Positions 57,404-64,000 of a stretch of 64,000 nucleotides of DNA are shown here, in pieces. Every line of letters starts with the position of its first letter. The stretch's first letter is position 1. The position numbers and the translations under genes are program-made. A model generated the notes under the pieces. It was not told where the DNA came from. It did no database searches and saw only the letters and a program-made list of their open reading frames with translations. The stretch comes from a virus (lineage: Duplodnaviria > Heunggongvirae > Uroviricota > Caudoviricetes): the IMG/VR virus record IMGVR_UViG_3300034082_003579, one strand, 5' to 3'.

Positions 57404-58526
57404 TTTAGTCATAGACACCATGTCGGAAGTGTATCAGGAATTGAAACCTTGGGCAGACGCAGAATTTTGGGACTTTGCTTCCCATGATCCTATACCCAAC
57501 AGTGTATATGTACTGGGTAGATTGCAAGTAGTAGAAAATCAAGAAAAATTTAAAGAGCTAGCTCAGGATCCTAGATTTGTAATGGTGTTCGGCAACAGTG
57601 CCGAAGGATCCGGAACACTGGTTGACCAACTAAACATGTTGAAATTGACCACATTGGTTCTGGAAGGTAAAATTTTAATTATCGGTGGCGGTGCAATGGA
57701 AAGCTGCTATCCTTACATACAACACGATCATTTTCTTTGTAGAATTTTAGATTATCCTGAAAATCATCGGGAAATTGATCGAGCCGGGGACATATTTTCA
57801 CAAACAAACAAGCCCTATAAGTTCATGTTTCTCAACGGCCGGGCACGACCGCATAGAAAATATCTTTGGCATAAATTTCAACAACAGGATTTGCTAAAAC
57901 ATGCACTGTGGACCATGCTGGACAGCCGTCCCACAATTAGCAGACAATTCAATTTAAAATACAACGGAATCAATCTCATGGCAACAACAACACCACTGCA
58001 GAGGTTGCCAGCCAAGTATGAAGTCGAGCAATATCGTACTACGGTGATCTCTCCTGGTCCAGCAGAACGTACATTTGTAAAAAACGAACTGTTTAATTAC
58101 ACCTGGGGAGAAATATATTTACAAGCAGAACCCTATTGCGATACCTATTTCAGCTTGGTCACCGAAACTGTGTTTGACTATCCTTACAGCTTTCGCACAG
58201 AAAAAATAGCCAAACCCTTGGCTGTTGGTCATCCTTGGATTGTGGCCAGCAATGCAGGTTTTTATCGCGACATGCGCAATCTTGGATTCCAAACCTTTGA
58301 CAGTTTAATTGACGAAAGTTTTGATTCGATAGATAACAGTCAAGAAAGGATGGATCGTATTGCGGCAGTGGTCAATGATTTATGCCAACAAGATTTAACA
58401 TCTTTTATGCAGGCCAGCGAAAGTATTTGTAAATACAATCAACAGCATCTACAGCAGCTTTCATCTTGCATCAAGTCAGAATTCGCTGACAAATTTTTTA
58501 ATTTTATAAAGCAACACAGACCGTGA
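57387..58526 (+). CDS. Hypothetical protein, possibly glycosyltransferase-related
   Basis: FLNGRARPHR, FSLVTET...TEKIAKP...LGFQTF...DESFD C-terminal domain. Confidence 0.5.
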   Translation: MLGPRNLVIDTMSEVYQELKPWADAEFWDFASHDPIPNSVYVLGRLQVVENQEKFKELAQDPRFVMVFGNSAEGSGTLVDQLNMLKLTTLVLEGKILIIGGGAMESCYPYIQHDHFLCRILDYPENHREIDRAGDIFSQTNKPYKFMFLNGRARPHRKYLWHKFQQQDLLKHALWTMLDSRPTISRQFNLKYNGINLMATTTPLQRLPAKYEVEQYRTTVISPGPAERTFVKNELFNYTWGEIYLQAEPYCDTYFSLVTETVFDYPYSFRTEKIAKPLAVGHPWIVASNAGFYRDMRNLGFQTFDSLIDESFDSIDNSQERMDRIAAVVNDLCQQDLTSFMQASESICKYNQQHLQQLSSCIKSEFADKFFNFIKQHRP

Positions 58527-59851
58527 ATGATTTAGAATTCCGCCAGCAGGTATTAGATCCCATAAGTGACAGTTTTTGCGGAGCCAAATGGTACAACGCC
58601 ACTATATGGTTGGGCTCTGGCATGACTACCAGTTGCCATCACCCACCGGCGCATCATGTCAGCGTAGAAGCAGTACAGGCCAATCCTCGTGCCTTGCATA
58701 ACACACCAGAAAAGAAACGCGATCGTGCTGAAATGATTGCAGGAGAACGGCCACCCGGCTGCGAATACTGTTGGAAAATCGAGGACATCGGTAGAGAAAA
58801 CATCAGCGACCGGGTTTACAAAAGTAAAATATATCCTATACATGCACTGCAAACAGCAGCAGCAACGCCAGTAGATCAAGATGTTAACCTCAAAACTCTA
58901 GAAATTGCATTTGATCGCACTTGTCAGTTTGCCTGTAGCTATTGTAACCCTGCTTTCAGCAGTACCTGGGTCAACGACATTCGAAAAAATGGCGCCTATG
59001 TTGGGTTGATAAGCGATGGTCGAAATCACTTTACTCATGCGCACGATTCGGCACAGTTATATCGATTTGGCGAAACCAATCCTTATGTGGAAGCTTTCTT
59101 TCAGTGGTGGGAATCAGACCTGCATCGTACCTTGGATGAGTTAAGAATAACCGGCGGTGAGCCATTGATGTCGGGATATACCTGGCGCCTGATTGATTGG
59201 TTTCGAGACAATCGCAACAAGAGCTCAACACGTCTGGCCATCAACAGTAATTTGGGTGCAGATATTGATCTGGAACGATTTATCAACAGTGTTGATGGAC
59301 TAGCGATTGACGTATATACCAGTAACGAATGCTACGGTACACACGCAGAATACATACGAGACGGTCTTGATTATGCAGCCTGGTGCAACAATGTAATCAA
59401 GTTGTTGGAAAGTCCTGTTCGTGCAGTGCATGTCATGTGTACTATCAATGCTTTGTGTTTGGAAACACTGCCAGAATTTTTATCAGCTCTGGTAGCACTA
59501 AAAAATATCTACGGTCGAGAGCGTGTTAATTTTACTTTAAACATCTTGCGTTTTCCCAGTTTCCAAAGCCCTTTGATCTTGCCAGACAATATCAAAACAC
59601 GTTACCGAAAAAATTTAGAAGCATGGTTAGATTACAACGCAGATAATCCTGTGTTACAGGAACACGAACTAAATCATTTACAACGCTTGATTGATTATCT
59701 TGACACAGTTAAAACACCGCACAGTGAAACATTTGATATGCCTCGGCTGTTGAATGATTTTCGACAGTTTTACGTTCAATATGACCAGCGCAGAGGAAAA
59801 GACTTTGCAGCGACCTTTCCAAAATTAAAAGAATGGTATAATTCATTATGA
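58523..59851 (+). CDS. Radical SAM protein, paralog of 56003
   Basis: CGAKW...SCHHP...CEYCW..E, CQFACSYC and TGGEP. Confidence 0.9.
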   Translation: MNDLEFRQQVLDPISDSFCGAKWYNATIWLGSGMTTSCHHPPAHHVSVEAVQANPRALHNTPEKKRDRAEMIAGERPPGCEYCWKIEDIGRENISDRVYKSKIYPIHALQTAAATPVDQDVNLKTLEIAFDRTCQFACSYCNPAFSSTWVNDIRKNGAYVGLISDGRNHFTHAHDSAQLYRFGETNPYVEAFFQWWESDLHRTLDELRITGGEPLMSGYTWRLIDWFRDNRNKSSTRLAINSNLGADIDLERFINSVDGLAIDVYTSNECYGTHAEYIRDGLDYAAWCNNVIKLLESPVRAVHVMCTINALCLETLPEFLSALVALKNIYGRERVNFTLNILRFPSFQSPLILPDNIKTRYRKNLEAWLDYNADNPVLQEHELNHLQRLIDYLDTVKTPHSETFDMPRLLNDFRQFYVQYDQRRGKDFAATFPKLKEWYNSL

Positions 59852-61554
59852 ATTCACTTGAAGAACTAGTAAAAAAATACAGCACTGACTACGAGATAGT
59901 AGGCATGATAAATCTCGATAATTGGTATTCGTTTAGTTCAATCGAACGAACTGGCTGGTTAAGAGCACAATTAAAAAAGATTTATCAGTCATCGTACCAG
60001 ACTAATCAGCGTATTCTTTTTACGCTGACTCAAAGCGACGAGTATGTTAACTCAGATGATTCAGCAGGATTAATTTTAAAAAATCTCCTGGAAGGACTTA
60101 ATCAAGTTGATATTAGTAATTTTTTTGCTGTGGTATTGGTACCGGAGTCAGATCAGTTTTGTGTAGCTCAGGAATGGTTAATGAAAAACAACACAGATCC
60201 AATACCGGTTGTATTTGACTATTTTAAAAGTGATCTGCTATTAGACAAAAGAATTTCCACTACAAATACAGGCTATAACTATAATTCAGTTAGACCTGTC
60301 AAGATTGCAATTGAAGATTTAACGCAGAGTCAACAAGAATTGTTGCTGGAAAGCAAAACATTTTGTATGTATCCTTGGATACACATGCATGTCGAACCCA
60401 ACGGACGGGTGTTGCCTTGCTGTGGAGCCTTATACAAGGAATCATCCACTGTGGGTCAGACCAATGAAAAGAATCTTAAAGAAATTTGGAACGATGTTCC
60501 TATGAAAGATTTGCGATTAAAAATGTTAAGAAATCAGCCATCGACTACTTGTAATAGATGCTATGAAAGTGAACAGGCAGGATTTTTTTCAATGCGATCG
60601 AGTGCTAATAAACATCACGGACATCATATTAATTTAGTTGATAGCACCCATGCCGACGGACATTTAGATCAGTTTAAGATGACCTATTGGGACGTTAGAT
60701 TTAGTAATCTTTGCAATCTAAAATGTCGCAGTTGCGGACCAAGTTTCAGCAGTCAGTGGTTTCAAGATCAAATTAAAATTGCTCCTGACTACGGAAAAAA
60801 TCATAAAGCATTGATATCTGCTGGAAAATTTGAAACTGATTTGTGGGATCAATTACTTGAGCATATTGACTATGTTGAGCAAGTATACTTCGCCGGCGGA
60901 GAACCTATACTAATGGACGAGCACTATCGAATATTAGAAGAGTTAGAAAAACGTGGAAAATTTGACGTGAGATTGATATACAACACAAATTTCACAGAGA
61001 CTCGATTGAAAGATAGAACAGTGTTTGATTATTGGAAGAAGTTTGATAGTGTTTCGGTAGGAGCCAGCCTCGACGGCATGTGGGAGTACGGCGAGTACAT
61101 TCGAAAAGGCACTGTTTGGGAAGATGTCGAAGAGAACCGTCGACAAATGATGAAAATTTGTCCGGACGTGGACTTTTATATCAGTGCTACCCTTAGCATT
61201 ATGAATGCGTTACATCTGCCAGATTTTCATCGATCTTGGGTGGAAAAAGGATTTATAAAACCTCAAGATTTAAATGTGAATATTTTAACAGATCCTGCTC
61301 ATTACCGTATTGATATTGCCACACCGGGGCTGAAGAAAAAAATCGAAAAAAGGTATAAAGAACACTTGGCTTGGCTAAGTCCGCTTGATCAGTTGAGACG
61401 AGCAAGCAATGGATTCGAGAGTGCCATTAATTTTATGAATGCCACTGATAACCAATCTTTGATAGAACAGTTCTGGATAAAAACAAATCAACTAGATGAA
61501 ATTCGCAACGAAAATATCTTAGAAGTTATACCCGAATTAAAGGCATTAAAATGA
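59848..61554 (+). CDS. Radical SAM protein with an extra N-terminal domain
   Basis: CMYPW...PCC...CNRCY.SE, CNLKCRSC and AGGEP. Confidence 0.9.
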   Translation: MNSLEELVKKYSTDYEIVGMINLDNWYSFSSIERTGWLRAQLKKIYQSSYQTNQRILFTLTQSDEYVNSDDSAGLILKNLLEGLNQVDISNFFAVVLVPESDQFCVAQEWLMKNNTDPIPVVFDYFKSDLLLDKRISTTNTGYNYNSVRPVKIAIEDLTQSQQELLLESKTFCMYPWIHMHVEPNGRVLPCCGALYKESSTVGQTNEKNLKEIWNDVPMKDLRLKMLRNQPSTTCNRCYESEQAGFFSMRSSANKHHGHHINLVDSTHADGHLDQFKMTYWDVRFSNLCNLKCRSCGPSFSSQWFQDQIKIAPDYGKNHKALISAGKFETDLWDQLLEHIDYVEQVYFAGGEPILMDEHYRILEELEKRGKFDVRLIYNTNFTETRLKDRTVFDYWKKFDSVSVGASLDGMWEYGEYIRKGTVWEDVEENRRQMMKICPDVDFYISATLSIMNALHLPDFHRSWVEKGFIKPQDLNVNILTDPAHYRIDIATPGLKKKIEKRYKEHLAWLSPLDQLRRASNGFESAINFMNATDNQSLIEQFWIKTNQLDEIRNENILEVIPELKALK

Positions 61555-62768
61555 ACATACCACACGATAAATTTTGTGTATTGCCTTGGGTCAGTCTTGA
61601 AGCCAGTCCTATTGGTACAGTAAGACCTTGTTGTCTTGCTGATGACGAAATTGTCGATGACAACGGCAGCAAGTTTGAATTGGCCACAGCCGACTTTGCA
61701 AACATACAAAACAGTCAACACATGCAAAAGCTACGAGAGCAATTTTTAGCAGGCAAGCAACCACAGACTTGTCGTAAATGTTGGAATGAAGAACGATCCG
61801 GTCGAACCAGCAAACGTATGCACACATTGGATCGACTCAAGCACATGTTGCCAGATCAAGATTGGACAGCAGATGCCAAACCCTTGATGTTTTTAGATTT
61901 GAAGTTGGGAAACATTTGTAATCTCAAATGCCGTATTTGTGGATCTTGGAGTTCAAGCCAGTTTGCTGCAGAAGAACTCAACGACATGAATCCAGCAGAT
62001 GATAAGAAAAAAACATTTCCTTATCAGATGCTACGTGCTGGTGCGTGGCCACGTGAAAACGAAAAGTTCTGGAGTGAAATTGACACAATAACTGATCAGA
62101 TACGTTACATTGAGTTCACTGGCGGTGAACCCTTTATGATTCAAGAACATTTTGAATTCTTAGAAAGAATTGTAGATCGTGGCATTGCTGGGCAGGTAGA
62201 GATACATTACAATACAAACGGTACACAATTTCCAGAAGAAGCTGAAAATATATGGCAACATTTTAAGACTGTGGAAATTGCATTCAGCATCGACGATGTT
62301 GGCGAAAGATTTGAGTATCAACGATCCAATGCTGTATGGTCCGAAGTAGAACATAATATTGCTCGCTTTATGGCTATGCGTAACCGTCACCTTCATATAC
62401 GCTTGCAAGTATGCTGCACAGTCAACATCTTCAATGTATACTATTTGGAACATGTAGCTCGCTGGATTGCAGAACAGAGTTTTGATTTTGTTTACTGGAA
62501 CATGATGCACGATGCTTGGTATTTTAGCATTGCAACTCTGCCCGATACAGCAAAAGCAGCAATAGAAAATCATCTAAGCACATCGGACATACCAGAACAA
62601 TACCGAGCAGAGTTTGATCGAATCTGCAATTTTATGAATCGTGGTGCATCGACCGACGGATTCATGATGCGTATGAAAATAAAAGACCTAGATCGTAAAC
62701 GACAACAGAATCTTTGTAAGGTACAACCTGAATTTGCGGCAATAATTGAATATGATCCCGCGTCCTGA
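61551..62768 (+). CDS. Radical SAM protein with an N-terminal Twitch-like cluster
   Basis: CVLPW...PCC...CRKCW.EE, CNLKCRIC, TGGEP and YNTNGT. Confidence 0.9.
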   Translation: MNIPHDKFCVLPWVSLEASPIGTVRPCCLADDEIVDDNGSKFELATADFANIQNSQHMQKLREQFLAGKQPQTCRKCWNEERSGRTSKRMHTLDRLKHMLPDQDWTADAKPLMFLDLKLGNICNLKCRICGSWSSSQFAAEELNDMNPADDKKKTFPYQMLRAGAWPRENEKFWSEIDTITDQIRYIEFTGGEPFMIQEHFEFLERIVDRGIAGQVEIHYNTNGTQFPEEAENIWQHFKTVEIAFSIDDVGERFEYQRSNAVWSEVEHNIARFMAMRNRHLHIRLQVCCTVNIFNVYYLEHVARWIAEQSFDFVYWNMMHDAWYFSIATLPDTAKAAIENHLSTSDIPEQYRAEFDRICNFMNRGASTDGFMMRMKIKDLDRKRQQNLCKVQPEFAAIIEYDPAS

Positions 62769-64000
62769 TATGCTTTGTATGGCACCCTGGACTCATACCT
62801 ATCTTAGTCCGCAAACTGAACGACGCATGTGCTGTGCCAGTCGAGAACCTGCACAAAACTTTCAACAATACATCGACACAAGTGCAGGTACTGGTAGATA
62901 TATTCCTATCACTTTGGATCAACACTGGAACAGCGAACACATGCGGTCGGTACGTCGTCGAATGATGGCTGGTGAAACTTTACCCGAGTGCGAAGTTTGC
63001 AACAACAAATTATTAAATACAGATGTCTATAGGACTTATTTCTGGCACTTGTTCAAACACAAGTACAATGACATTTGGTCTAACACCGATGAATCAGGTG
63101 CAACCACAATGAAGCCTGTGAGTTGGGATTATCGATTCAGTAACTTATGTAATTTCAAATGTAGAACTTGTGGAGACATGTTGTCCAGTGCGTGGGAAAG
63201 CGAACAACGGCAGCACAACATGATTGACTGGACGAATCCCAAAAACAATTGGATGCAGCCTGCGGTCAAACAAGAAATAACTGCTTTCCAAGACAGCCAG
63301 ATTGAAGCAGAATTTGCACAAGCAGTATCAGAACACAGAGTAGAAGAAGTTTATTGGGTCGGCGGCGAGCCACTCATGTACGAACAGCATTGGCGGTACA
63401 TGAAACAAATTGTTGATCAAGGAGATGGGGGACTTGTATATGCCAGATATAATACTAATCTTAGTCGCATACAGTATCGTGGTACCAATTTATACAGTGA
63501 TATACTTGATCATATACGCGATTGGCAAATTTGTGCCAGCATCGACGGAACAGGATCCATCGGAGAATACATCAGAACAGGACTTGACTGGTCGATATTT
63601 TTAGAAAACTTTCGTCATGGTGTTGATCGTATGCGGCATCCTCGTCAGATGCGCTTGGATTTTACATTGACCCTACCCGGCATGTTTGAAATTGTTCCTA
63701 TAATAGCAGTAGCTAAAGATTTAGGAGTTGACATTCTAGCCAAGGTCATATTCAGCTTTTCACCTGACATTGTCATGAGTCCGTTGGCATTGCCTAGGTC
63801 AATACTACATCCTTGGATTGACGAGTTGTTACCCGAAGTCACAGGCACAATGCGTGACATGCTGACGCAATTAAAACAGCGGCCGACCTTTGATGAACAA
63901 TGGCCTGACACATACCAACAAGGACTTGCAAAAGGCAAAGCTCGTGTGTTAAAATTAGAAAGTATTAGATCGGCGCCAACTGATATGCAAAAAATCCTAC
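62752..64000 (+). CDS. Radical SAM protein, truncated by the window end (MIPRPDMLCMAPWTH...)
   Basis: Manual translation shows CMAPW...MCC...CEVC, CNFKCRTC, VGGEP, YNTN and SIDG; not in the ORF track. Confidence 0.88.
   Translation, partial: MIPRPDMLCMAPWTHTYLSPQTERRMCCASREPAQNFQQYIDTSAGTGRYIPITLDQHWNSEHMRSVRRRMMAGETLPECEVCNNKLLNTDVYRTYFWHLFKHKYNDIWSNTDESGATTMKPVSWDYRFSNLCNFKCRTCGDMLSSAWESEQRQHNMIDWTNPKNNWMQPAVKQEITAFQDSQIEAEFAQAVSEHRVEEVYWVGGEPLMYEQHWRYMKQIVDQGDGGLVYARYNTNLSRIQYRGTNLYSDILDHIRDWQICASIDGTGSIGEYIRTGLDWSIFLENFRHGVDRMRHPRQMRLDFTLTLPGMFEIVPIIAVAKDLGVDILAKVIFSFSPDIVMSPLALPRSILHPWIDELLPEVTGTMRDMLTQLKQRPTFDEQWPDTYQQGLAKGKARVLKLESIRSAPTDMQKIL

Noticed and set aside
225-63938. Numerous 60-220 aa antisense or alternate-frame ORFs in the track (e.g. 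4095-4604, 6356-7021, 7095-7568, 43358-43942)
   Set aside because: They lie wholly within strong conserved genes and show the low-complexity shadows expected from codon bias.
1076-64000. Stop-codon reassignment
   Set aside because: All core genes, including a 14 kb ORF, are intact under the standard code and end in TAA, TAG or TGA.

Overview
A 64 kb fragment of a large T4-like (Tevenvirinae/Kyanoviridae-style) myophage genome. It is densely coding in the standard genetic code, and no tRNA or CRISPR array is visible. Layout: (1) 1-10.9 kb, minus strand: head module (gp23, gp22, gp21, gp67-like, gp20 portal), preceded by a 1314 aa tape-measure-like protein with two cell-wall hydrolase domains and followed by an HNH homing endonuclease. 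(2) 11-14.8 kb, plus strand: two gp26-like paralogs, the second continuing through a T_TTT_TTC slippery site into a gp51-like -1 frame, then a GIY-YIG homing endonuclease and a three-gene cassette with an aminoacyl-tRNA protein transferase-like gene. (3) 14.8-15.3 kb: a ~490 nt ORF-free, hairpin-dense element directly downstream of a compact GIY-YIG gene. (4) 15.8-22.7 kb, minus strand: gp55, gp47 and gp46 interleaved with three radical SAM genes. (5) 22.8-51.4 kb, plus strand: baseplate and tail module, including gp5, gp25, gp6, a 4691 aa giant protein and fibre-like proteins. (6) 51.4-64 kb: a modification island of glycosyltransferases, a sulfotransferase, an APS kinase-nucleotidyltransferase fusion and five more radical SAM genes. 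The best leads are the structured element with its GIY-YIG gene, the putative gp26/gp51 frameshift, seven apparently leaderless late genes, the PAPS/sulfation/radical SAM island and the transferase cassette. All family assignments come from motif recognition by eye, not from database searches.
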